Positions 40,548 to 51,733 of a DNA stretch of 64,000 nucleotides are shown piece by piece. The stretch lies in contig NC_043008.1 of the NCBI RefSeq assembly GCF_006345805.1, positions 8,928,001-8,992,000 of the forward strand. Reading direction: 5' to 3'. A program made the position numbers and the translations under genes. The notes beneath the pieces are model-generated. The model was not told where the DNA came from. It did no database searches and saw only the letters and a program-made list of their open reading frames with translations. Origin of the DNA: Octopus sinensis (Eukaryota). The first letter of the stretch is position 1; each line of letters begins with the position of its first letter.

Positions 40548-41738
40548 GTTATCATTATTATTATTATTATCATTATTATAATTATTATTATTGTCATTAT
40601 TATTATTATTATTGTTGTTATTATTATTATTGTTATTATTATATTCAACAAGCTTCTGCATATTTCTTTGTTCATCCACTTCTCTGCTCTCTAAAGCGAT
40701 TGCTGGAAACACTGGCTGCGGATGCTGCTTAGTAAAAGCGATCCTAGAATCATGGGCTTTCGAAACGAACAGCTAACTGCAAACCCATGACTGCTTGTGA
40801 TATCTATATACTTTTGAATTTATAAAAGGGCGAAAAATTACTCATGTTGATGAGTTGAGCGATTTATTCTTAACTTAAGCGTCCCCCGTCCTTACTATAC
40901 CGACTCTTCTTTCCGTTGTTATTTCAGACTTCTGCATTTTCACAGCGTAGAAAAAGAAAATATGAAACTCTAAGTAAGGACGGAGAGAGGCCTCGAATAT
41001 AGATAAATGGATAGTTCACTATATACAAAAGGCCAAGTCACGTATTTCTTTTGTGATCTTCTATCACGGTTCAGGAATCCTAGCTGAAAGTGTGTGTGAA
41101 ATAATGGATGGAAAAGAGGAAACTGAAAGAATTAAAACATGGATTAAATTTAGAGGTAATATTTATACACTGATACGCGCACGTTCTAGAAATGTCACGC
41201 TTAAGAGATTCAATATATTATGACATATACTGCGAGAGAAAGCAAAGAAGGGATGCTGTGCTTGGAGAACAAGTGAGTAGTGTGGTTTCTGGTATAAGAG
41301 AGAGGGGAAAATGCTACATCAAATGAAAACGAGGAAACAGCATCTGAAAGAGAGAGAGGAGAAATCGAAAATTATAATAACCTCTGCTATAAGAGGCGAA
41401 CAGGGAGATAGAGAAATATACAAAAGGCAAGTGTAACACCTAATGTTTCCTTGTCTCTTCTAAGATACAGGAAAGTGTTAATGCTTGTTGCAGATGCTTG
41501 TCAAGTTCTACACATTGAATCGTACGCGCATTCCTACAGACATTTCTATTCATATATTCTTGGATATTATGTTGGCATAATTTATTCACCACTCAAAACC
41601 TGTCATTTTTAATGGTTAGAACGGTAATGTATACATCCGCAGGCACACGCACACACCCACTGCACACACACAATATATATATATGTATATTTTTATATAT
41701 TCGCATATGTATATGTATATATGTGTATGTACATGTAC

Positions 41739-41777
<39 letters not shown>

Positions 41778-41784
41778 CATGCGT

Positions 41785-42017
41785 AAAAGCGGCGAGCTGG
41801 CAGAAACGTTAGCACGCCGGGCGAAATGCGTAGCCGTATTTCGTCTGCCGTTATGTTGTGAGTTCAAATTCCGCCGAGGTCGACCTTGCCTTTCATCCTT
41901 TCGGGGTCGATAAATTAAGTACCAGTTACGCACTGGGGTCGATGTAATCGACTTAATCCGTTTGTCTGCCCTTGTTTGTCCCCTCTGTGTTTAGCCCCTA
42001 GTGGGCATTAAAGAAAT
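41785..42017 (+). mobile_element. SINE family B, full length, with 13-bp TSD
   Basis: atatacatgcgta occurs on both sides. Confidence 0.93.
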
Positions 42018-42077
42018 ATATATATATATACATGCGTACATATGTGTGTGTGCTTGTGTGTGTTTTCGTGCGTGTGC

Positions 42078-42121
<44 letters not shown>

Positions 42122-42754
42122 TGTGTGTGTGTGTGTGTTTTTCAAGCGTACTGTGCGTTTTTAGGAATGTTTGGCACAATCACGATATTTGAAGAAAGAT
42201 TGTCTTAAATTTAAAAAAAAAAAACCTTATTTCAAAATGCATCTTGAAAGTAAAAAAAAATAACAAAAATCTTTTTGAAAGAAACGTCTGTAATGCATAA
42301 ACTATTTCGCTGTTTATAAGGAATCCCGGTGGTGTTTTATGAACTCTATGTAGATCGCGCATAAGAAAGTTTTGACAGTTCCGGAGGCCAAACTTAGGCC
42401 ACAAGAAGTATTAAAGCAAGAGATGTTACGCTTGCTCGGTTTTTAAGGGTTGATGTTGTTTTACGAGACCATATATATTGCGTTTTCTCATGTAAAAGAC
42501 TCTCTCCATAAGGCGGCACTAGTAGTATGATTTTGTGTTGAAAATTTCTTCGTCTGACGTAATGCGTCGGCTAATGATATTCACTGCCAGACTTTATTAA
42601 AATATATATAGATTTGTGTTTTGTATAGAGGGAATGGTTATTTATGCTTAAGTCTGATGTAACATCTGAAATGTAGTTACTGCATTGCTGACGGCAGTAA
42701 TTGCTATTCTGAACATAAGCTTCTAAAATACGTTAAAAATGTCAGTCCTGAGTT

Positions 42755-43310
42755 GATCGAGCTGATGATGGTTCGTGCTAAACAGTCTCAGCTGGTGTTC
42801 CGTAAGCACACAAGTAACAGGATGCATCCAAGTTTCTGAGTAGCGTCGTTGGTTGGATACGAAATCCGACCAATGGTAGCCCATAATTCTGCAAATCGTC
42901 TTGGTACCAAAATAGTTGAGTTAGCTCATAAGGGCCCCAGACAGTGTCCAAATCTCAAAATTGTAGAGCAGGATGGGAGGACCAGAGCCCTAAGGACCTG
43001 AACTTTTCTCCCCCAACACAGAAATCGGCAGCGCAAAATACCGTTATCCAATAAGTCCACAACCTCATCAGCTCGTCCATGTCTTCTTAGGACGTCAAGC
43101 TCGTAGCTAATGCCGCTATGAATGTCACTGATTGCATTCTATCGACCTCCGCAAGGCTTTTAACTCGATGGACAGGGATGTGCTTTGAAAGATTCTGGAG
43201 CTGCAGGATATATATGCTCAACTGATTAGACTGATGATGGCCAAGTACGCCGGAACAGTCAGTGCACTTCGGGTTGGGGTCTCAACATCTGACTTTTCCA
43301 TTCAGACCTG
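42755..43310 (-). mobile_element. Decayed RTE-like LINE, post-RT region
   Basis: With one frameshift: LDNGILRCRFLCWGRKVQVLRALVLP/ILLYNFEIWTLSGALMS*LNYFGTKTICRIMGYHWSDFVSNQRRYSET..HQLRLF (cf. TKV.V.R.LVLP.LLYG.ETW...W.DFVSN). Confidence 0.8.
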
Positions 43311-43313
43311 GGG

Positions 43314-43376
<63 letters not shown>

Positions 43377-43379
43377 ATG

Positions 43380-43430
<51 letters not shown>

Positions 43431-43435
43431 GGCTG

Positions 43436-43476
<41 letters not shown>

Positions 43477-43479
43477 ATG

Positions 43480-43514
<35 letters not shown>

Positions 43515-43539
43515 TGATAGATAGATAGATAGATGGCTG

Positions 43540-43595
<56 letters not shown>

Positions 43596-43596
43596 T
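43314..43596. repeat. (TAGA)n array, the Tx1 insertion site
   Basis: Direct inspection. Further (TAGA)n blocks lie at 44868-44930 and 45725-45797. Confidence 0.97.
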
Positions 43597-44867
43597 GTTT
43601 CTTTATTAGCCACACAGGGCTGCACACAGATAGAACAAATTACAAGGTAGAGCTTTTCTTTTGAAGGTTTAAAAAAAAAAAAAGGAAGGGGGAGTTTCGA
43701 TCAAAAGGGATCGTAAAAGGAGAGAAAGAGGACAAAAAAAGGGGGGGTTAAAAAAAAGGGGGAGAGGAAAAAAAAAAAAAAATTGATCAATAGGGATCTT
43801 TATCACAGAAATGTCAATATGAAGTGTAAAGGGGAGGACAGGTGAGGTTTACCCGTGGAAAGAAAAGCCTACGGAAAAGACCACGGTAACCTCGGTCAAT
43901 GGAGTCACATGTTATATTTCTTTTTTTTTTTTTTTTGCAAATAAGCAACTCTCTGTTTTCAATTTCTGGGTTCATAGGATCATGCTCAAGGTGGCTTCGT
44001 CATTCATACGTGCCATTCTTGCTACATTCACCCATCTTTTTTTAAAACATTCGCTAGACAAAACTTGCCTCTCTACTCTCACTTTCCTTTTCAAGTGGTA
44101 CTTGAAGAAGTTGATGAGAGATTGACCAGAGAGGAAAGTGTTTGTCTCCAATCCTTTCAGACGCGTCCACCAGATACATTCTTTCGCCATAGCCACAAGG
44201 ATGATGAATAGCTCTTCCTTCCCGTTTGAAGGAAGGAGGCGTGACAATATTAACGATAGACTCAGCTGATAAACCGACTCGTCCCACACGTGACAGCAGT
44301 TGTTCGACACAAGCCCACAGGTCGGAAATTGTTGGACACTGCACGAGTGCGTGCAGAACGGTTTCGTCGCTCTGACCGCATCTCGGGCAGGTCGGCCCCG
44401 TGTTTCTCGAGCCGTGTCTGTAGAGCTTATCCCGAACGGGTAGCGCTTCTCGGTAGCACTGCCAGGCCAGGGATCTCTGGATGTTGTCCATGGGCCCTGG
44501 CCCGAAGGTCGTCCTGAACAGGCGGGTCAGGTACTCCTCGTCGACGTCCAGGTTCGCCCCGAGCTCGTCGTCGTACCTCCCCTCCACTAAACCCCTATAG
44601 AATGCTTTGGTTGTGTTGAAGTCACTCAAGGTCGACCCAGGACGGCAGAGTTGCTTGAGAGCAACGCGACACACGCGGTGCCATTCGCCTTTCTTCTGCC
44701 TCTTTTTGATCCACGACTGCAGTTCGGTCATGGAGACGAGCTGCGGGAAAGCGTGCCTCACAAACGGCGACCACACCTGTTCACCGTCGTCTACATTGAG
44801 CCAGAGATGACGCAGTCTCAGCGCGTGTCTGCGCATCATCAACCACGGCATGCCCAGCCCGGCTGGT

Positions 44868-44868
<1 letters not shown>
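43597..44868 (-). mobile_element. Tx1-clade (L1 group) LINE, 5'-truncated copy 1: ORF2 C-terminus and 3' UTR
   Basis: ORF 44851-43972, with one frameshift near 44210, carries the CCHC-type finger CPRCGQSDETVLHALVQC preceded by LPVRDKL. A U-rich 3' UTR ends ...gctaataaagaaac. (TATC)n lies on both sides. Confidence 0.9.
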
Positions 44869-44930
<62 letters not shown>

Positions 44931-45724
44931 GTTTCTTTATTGGCCACACATGGCTGCACACAGATGGGACAAGTTACAAGGTAGAGCTTTTCTTTGGGGA
45001 TGAAAAAAAGGGGGGTAGGTGTTGTGTGGTTTCGATCAAGAGGATCGAAAAGGGAAGAAAAGAACAAAAAGAAATTTTTTTTTTTAAAAAGGAAAAAAAA
45101 AATAGAATAAAAAATAAAAAGAATAAAAGAAAAAAAGAAAGGAAAGGAACAAAAGCAAAGAGAAATGAAAAAAGAAGAAAAAGGGGAAAAAAGGGAAGAG
45201 GAAAAAAAAAAAGGAACGATCAATAGGGATCGTGTATCACAGTGTTATGATATATGGTGTAAAGAGGAAAGGAAGTAAGGTTTATCCGTGGGAAGAAAAG
45301 CCTACGAAAAAGACCACGGTAACCTTGGTCAATATTGTTATATGTTACCACATTTGTTTGCAAGTGGGTAACCCTCTGTTTTCAATTCTGGGTTCATAGG
45401 ACTATGCTCAAGGTGGCTTCGTCATTCATACATGCCATCCTTGCTACATTCACCCATCTTTTTTTAAAACATTCGCTAGACAAAACTTGCCTCTCTACTC
45501 TCACTTTCCTTTTCAAGTGGTACTTGAAGAAGTTGATGAGAGATTGACCAGAGAGGAAAGTGTTTGTCTCCAATCCTTTCAGACGCGTCCACCAGATACA
45601 TTCTTTCGCCATAGCCACAAGGATGATGAAAATAGCTCCTCCTTCCCGTTTGAAGGAAGGAGGCGTGACAATATTGACGATAGACTCAGCTGATAAACCG
45701 ACTCGTCCCACACGTGACACACGT

Positions 45725-45725
<1 letters not shown>
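44931..45725 (-). mobile_element. Tx1-clade LINE, 5'-truncated copy 2
   Basis: The last ~110 codons are near-identical to copy 1 and in frame. The 3' end is ...gccaataaagaaac. (TATC)n lies on both sides. Confidence 0.9.
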
Positions 45726-45798
<73 letters not shown>

Positions 45799-46132
45799 CA
45801 AACAGACAGGGTGTAAGATACTTGTGTTTGGTGGGTGAATGAACTTTCATTAGAGAATGAAAGAGTAAAAGAGAGGACTCCATTCAGTTATATGCTGATA
45901 GAGGCAAGGATATATTCATCCATATATTTGAACATACTGGACATGCGTATTTGCGGCATACACAGCTGTATATAAGCGTTTGAATGCATTAGAGTATATT
46001 TAAAAGGACATCAGAAATATATTTTAAAGAATTAAAATTAGCTGCAACAATATGATTATAAAGAGTAAGCTATATGGATGAGACTTCTGTATACATGTAT
46101 GTATGTATATACAAATATATATAAATATATAT

Positions 46133-46185
<53 letters not shown>

Positions 46186-46359
46186 TATGGGTGTGTGTGT
46201 GTGTATGTATATATTGATAACTTTCTGTGTATTTGAATTAACTTTCAATTTTAAAGTATAGGCCGCTGTTTCCATTTTTTTCTTTTTTGTCGGTTTGCTA
46301 GCAACGCTTGTAAACAAATACAATAATACACATTTACGAGTGGAGAATGAAATAATAAT

Positions 46360-46463
46360 AGAATTAAAGACAACACTTACAACAACAACAAAAGCAGCAG
46401 TAACAACAACAACAGCAACAAAAGCAACAACAACAACGATAAACAATAGCAATATTAATGATG

Positions 46464-46506
<43 letters not shown>

Positions 46507-46511
46507 TGATG

Positions 46512-46557
<46 letters not shown>

Positions 46558-46580
46558 TGATAATGATAATAATAATAATA

Positions 46581-46611
<31 letters not shown>

Positions 46612-46740
46612 CATAATAATAATAATAATAATGATAATAATAATAATATAATAATAATAATAATAATAATAATGATAATAATAACAATAATAATAATAAT
46701 AACAATAATAATGATGATGATGATGATGATGATGATGGTG
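46360..46740. repeat. (AAC)n/(AAT)n/(GAT)n trinucleotide tract
   Basis: Direct inspection. Confidence 0.95.
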
Positions 46741-46877
46741 ATTATTTGAATTCTCTACCAAAACCACACCCTATTGTGGAATTGTTAATATTGTAATACA
46801 TTTCAATTTTATTTATATCCCCGTCAGAAAGTTATATGGTTTCGCTATATATCGTTTCTATTAATTCTTTTTCAAAG

Positions 46878-46937
46878 TATTTAATAAGCTATCCGCTGGT
46901 GCGTAACATAATCGATAACAGGTCACATCTCATAAAG
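46878..46937 (+). other. Candidate 60-nt symmetric exon
   Basis: Acceptor ttctttttcaaag, donor aag|gtgagc, open frame YLISYPLVRNIIDNRSHLIK. No homology recognised. Confidence 0.2.
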
Positions 46938-47111
46938 GTGAGCTTTTATATTTTTGCTTTTTGTTATTACAATTATCAATATTAGACGTGAAAAGGGAGA
47001 AGACTAAATGCCTCTCAACGTCTAGTTGCGGCCATCTATATTCCGAGTTCAAGTCTTGCCAAGATCAACTCCTGTCACATTTTCGACCTCTTTGAAATGT
47101 GTGATCTTGTA

Positions 47112-47174
47112 ACTCTTTTACTCTTTTACTTGTTTCAGTCATTTGACTGTGGCCATGCTGGAGCACCGCCTTTA
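47112..47174 (-). mobile_element. SINE A tail-only stub
   Basis: Truncated just 5' of the ggcggtgctccagc hairpin. Confidence 0.85.
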
Positions 47175-47226
47175 AAAAACCTGAAGGGGACATCTATTAC
47201 AAAATTTTTTATTAGAGTATTTATAT

Positions 47227-47467
47227 ATTTCTTTACTGCTCACAAGGGGCTGAACATAGAGGGGACAAACAAGGACAGACAAACGGATTAAGTCAATTAC
47301 ATCGACCCCAGTGCGAAACTGGTACTTTATTCATCGACCCCGAAAGGATGAAAGGCAAAGTCGACCTCGGTGGAATTTGAACTCAGAACGTAACGACAGA
47401 CGAAATACCTATTTCTTTACTACTCTCAAGGGGCTAAACACAGAGAGGATAAACAAGGACAGACAGA
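47227..47467 (-). mobile_element. SINE B dimer remnant (tail of one unit joined to a headless unit)
   Basis: Same taaagaaatag|gtatttcgtctg junction as at 18263, here at 47408/47409. Confidence 0.85.
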
Positions 47468-47469
47468 GG

Positions 47470-49350
47470 TAAGAAAGCAAGATTAAACCTTTTCCGATTC
47501 TGAAATGTTTTCCTGATCTTTGTTGATAACGGCATTGCAATTATGATGTGCGTTGTCAAAACTGATTAGGAACGACGCTTGTACGTAGAAGGCTAGAAAT
47601 GATAAAGAGTGTTATCATCGTTGTTGAGTGTGATGGCAAGTAAGTCGTTGATATAGAGTGGGAAAATTATGAGGTACAAAACCGAATCTATGAACTCAGT
47701 AGGGTTGATAATGGACAGATGAGAGGGATTTTCATCAATACACAGTGTGGTTAAATAAAACTTCCTCTCGAAGAGACACATTAGAGACGGAATCCATACG
47801 ATAGAATTTAGCTAGGATGTCCACCTGTTGGAATACTTTGCTAATAACAAATTCAAGAAAAAAAAGGGCGCTTTCCCCAAAGTTCTCATTGGTAAGGCTC
47901 TACTGGTGAGTAATTCTGGAAAGCCTAGACACTATAGAGGGATAGAATTTAAAGGTAGCAGTAGTTGTTAAGATAATCTCCATAAGAAAGTTTGAGTGTT
48001 TGGTCGAGTGTTAGTTGGGGTAGAGATTGTCGGTTTGGGTCTTCGTGGGATTGCGACATCGCACGTTTCCTAAGACTGGGATAGCAAGAGATGGAGAATG
48101 CGGAGTTTATCGTGAATAAGAGCAAAATCTGGGACTCGTTGATTGCGGATCGGTAAAGGGACACTATGAGTACTGGTAGAATCGCTGGGTTTTTTTATGT
48201 CTGCTCTTTTATATATGTATATGTCATGTTAAACCAAATGAGGAATAAAGGGGAAATTTTCTGTTATAGTGTGTATAGAGTAGAGTTGGATATAAAGATG
48301 AACAGCAAATGTGGGGATTTTCTCTGTGGCAATACTGTTCATTGAACAGACAGTTTGTAGAAGTTGACAAATCACCCTTTTATTAAAGGATCAATATGAG
48401 AGTAACGCAATGTGGGACACGGGAGAATTTTCTGATTGTACGCTGCTCAAAGGAGTCTTTTGCGTTTCGTGTTTTGCAAGAATTACGAAAAGGGTAAAAA
48501 CAGTGTCTCGGAAGGGTAAGTGATTCTTTACCAAGTATTGCAAACTGCGTTCCTTGTACGTATTATTGCAGCGCAAATACGAATGAACTAATTTGTCTGT
48601 GTGAGGGGTTTAGAAAGTATGGCTTCTGTCACCTGCTTAACGATTTATGATGAGCCGGGGTTAAAGCACAGTCACTGCCACTAATAATTAGCTTATTGCT
48701 TGGTAATTAACAGAGAACTGCAATTTAGCTGGCTTAAAATGCTGGAGGCTGGTTGGTGGTTAGACGAGCTCGGAGAGTGGTTAAGTCGATATATATTTCC
48801 TTATTGCTCACAGGGGGCTAAACACAGAGAGGACAAACAAGGACAGACAAACGGATTAAGTCGATTACATCGACCCCAGTGTGTAACTGGTATTTATTTA
48901 ATCGACCCCGAAAGGATGAAAGCCAAAGTCGAGATCGGCGGAATTTGAACCCAGAAAGTAATGACAGACGAAATACTGCCAAGCATTTCGTCCGGCATGC
49001 TAACGATTCTGCCGGCTCGCCGCCCTTGGTTAAGTCAATAGAGTTAGAACATAGACAAGTGGGAGAGACCTGTGTTTTAAGGAGTAAGATCTATGGTGTG
49101 CTTGATAATAAGAAGTGTTATGTGGAGTCCCGTCTAGAGAATTGTCCGTCGTTAAGGTTAACCTTTGTAGCATTTTCATAAAGGTTTTGATTTGGCTTCT
49201 TTAATGGTAGAAGAAAAGGAGACCAGGAGTTCCTACTTCGATCCTGCACAGTAGCTCAAAATGACGGTGGTAGAATGGAGTGGGTCCCTGCCAAAATCTT
49301 GTCCTTACTCGAGCATTTGTGACAAACTGAGAAGAAAGAAGATACGAAAA
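47470..49350 (-). mobile_element. Old CR1-like LINE RT relic, fragmented and interrupted by SINE B
   Basis: Remnants IDENPSHLSIINPTEFIDSVLYLIIFPLYINDLL...NDD (cf. S....N.GVPQGSVL.P.LF.LYINDL...ADD) and CYPSLRKRAMSQ...NRQSL (cf. FPS.WK.A.V.P...YRPIS). The extent beyond 48200 is less certain. Confidence 0.6.
48795..49025 (-). mobile_element. SINE family B
   Basis: Aligns to the other B copies with more substitutions. Confidence 0.9.
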
Positions 49351-49507
49351 TGTGCACCATTAGAATAAGCAATATTTTATTTGGTAGAGCAACACCACAT
49401 GTCTGGATCTTTTTACCATTTTATTTTTTTTGTGTGTGTTTGAGATTCCCAACCAGGATTCCCTGTCAACTCGGCCAATCATGCATAGAAACGTCCAGTG
49501 GAACTCA

Positions 49508-49545
<38 letters not shown>

Positions 49546-50571
49546 AAGGAGATTGATAAGTATATTTTAGTATTAGCATTATTATTGTCCGTAACAATAC
49601 TAGACGCAGTAAAGGAAGGTCTTTTTTTGTATTATTTTAAACTTAATAGACATAAAGAGGAGACAAAATAGAAAATAGATACTTGAATTCCTTTATTTGT
49701 TTTTTGTTTTTTTATTCCATATATACATATAACCACCCGGAATATACATTTCCACTTAACGCCAAAAATGTAAAGTGAATTTTCTAGTTTCATTGTTTTT
49801 TTCTTTTATTTTATTCAATTACATTTCACGCCGTTTTATTAAATGAGTGAGAAAATATAATTACGTTTCTTAAAATAAATAGTGGAGTCGATACAGTACA
49901 AATTCGGAAACGTTTTCAAAATTTAATAGAGCAGAATAACCAAATAAGATGCTTCAAAATAGTAGAGAATGCTACATTAATTTTCCTTTAATATTGCATT
50001 CCTTGCCACCGCTGATTCAGCATTATTATATGTGAAGCGTTCGACTCTGTATCCATACTATTCTTCTTTCATTGATTTCATACTATATCTGTCTCCTTCT
50101 GTCTTTCTTTCCTTCGATTCCTCTCTCTCCCTCTCTTTCTCTGTCATTCTTGCTTTTTTTACTTTCTCTTCCGTTCTCTCCGAAACACAAATTATAAGTT
50201 TGAAAACAGAGAAAGGGGCATGACTCATTACATCTTATTATTGTTAGAGTGAGTTAATTCTCCTGTGATGCTTACAAATAGCAAGAATGAAGTATGGTTT
50301 GTTGTGGTGTGGGGGAAGAAGGATTAGTTAAACAGTTGCGTTAAAAAGTGCTGTCTTTTAATGAGCTGCAGTCGTAATGTTTGTGAATGTGTTGTCATGT
50401 GACAGAGTGAGGTATCGGCAGGTATTGTTTATGCAAATGACAGAAGTCTATAGCCGTGGGAAAATGGTCTCCTGGCGTGTTAAAACTCACGAGGAAAAAT
50501 GTTATTGATGTCACAAAATAAGTTACATAATTATCCATTCAATAAGTTTGTCGTATAATCTTTCATTAAAC

Positions 50572-50782
50572 CTATTTCTTTACTAGGGGACAAACAAGGA
50601 CAGACAAATGGATTAAGTCGATTATATCGCCCCCACTGCGTAACTGGTACTTAATTTATCGACCCCGAAAGGATGAAAGGCAAAGTCGACCTCGGCGGAA
50701 TTTGAACTCAGAACATAAAGACAAACGAAATACCGCTAAGCATTTCGCCCGGGGCGCTAACGTTTCTACCAGCTCGTCGCCC
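50572..50782 (-). mobile_element. SINE family B with small deletion in the tail
   Basis: Aligns to the other B copies. Confidence 0.9.
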
Positions 50783-50934
50783 TACACCTTAGGATATATG
50801 CTAACGTAAACATCACTGAGGTATTAGGAAGACAACCATCTAACAACTTAGAAGATAGCATCATATGAGGGATTGATTGCTAGCCACTAAACCTTTTTTT
50901 TTTTAATTTTCTCTCTCTACTTATTTCTGTGTTC

Positions 50935-50970
50935 CTTTCTGTTGAAGAGCGTAGGTTCGAAACGTAAAAG
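50935..50970 (+). ncRNA. Minimal type I hammerhead-like motif (variant core CUGUUGA) in a Penelope-like terminal repeat
   Basis: cttt-CTGTTGA-A-GAGC-gtag-GTTC-GAAA-CG-T-A-aaag. Helix I is cttt/aaag, helix II has 4 bp including one G-U, and helix III is the palindromic ACGT. Activity is untested. Confidence 0.55.
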
Positions 50971-51424
50971 ATTTTCTCACTTCCCGAGCGTTAAACTAAT
51001 ATTTACACACCCGTCTTCGTCTTTCGTTTTGTTTTTATTTTTGCTTTTTATAAATTCCAATCATATGATGGTGTGGGACAATTAAGGGAAAAACACTTCC
51101 ATGGGATACTGTTCAACAAACCAAGGAGAATGTCTTTCAAATAGGCAAATAAAAATGTAAACAGCGCAATGTCAGCGCGGAAAGAGAAGTGATTATTATC
51201 AGAAAATTAGTTAGAGAAGGAGAAAGTAAGATCAAAAGTCAGTTAGAGCAGGTCGTAAGGGGACAGACAGACAGAGGGGAGGAGAAAGCAAGAGATAACA
51301 AGACAAATATGAATATAGAAATATATAAATCCGACATTTGTCGAGATACGAACTCTGATAAAAACACGAATTTAAGATCATGTGAGCGGCAAGAAGTTAA
51401 TATGACAAAGAAGTAGTGAAGAGA

Positions 51425-51485
<61 letters not shown>

Positions 51486-51670
51486 TGTGTGTGTGTGTGT
51501 GTGTCTGTATTTACGTCCGTGCTCACATGCGTGACATAGACAGATAAAAATATTTTTTCGGCAGCTTCCAAACAGATGTATTTATGTACAAACACATGCA
51601 TTCTGACGAGTATGCAAGTGTGTGTGTGTGTGTGTCTGTGTGTGTGTGAATAGAATGAGAAGCAGTTCAT

Positions 51671-51733
<63 letters not shown>

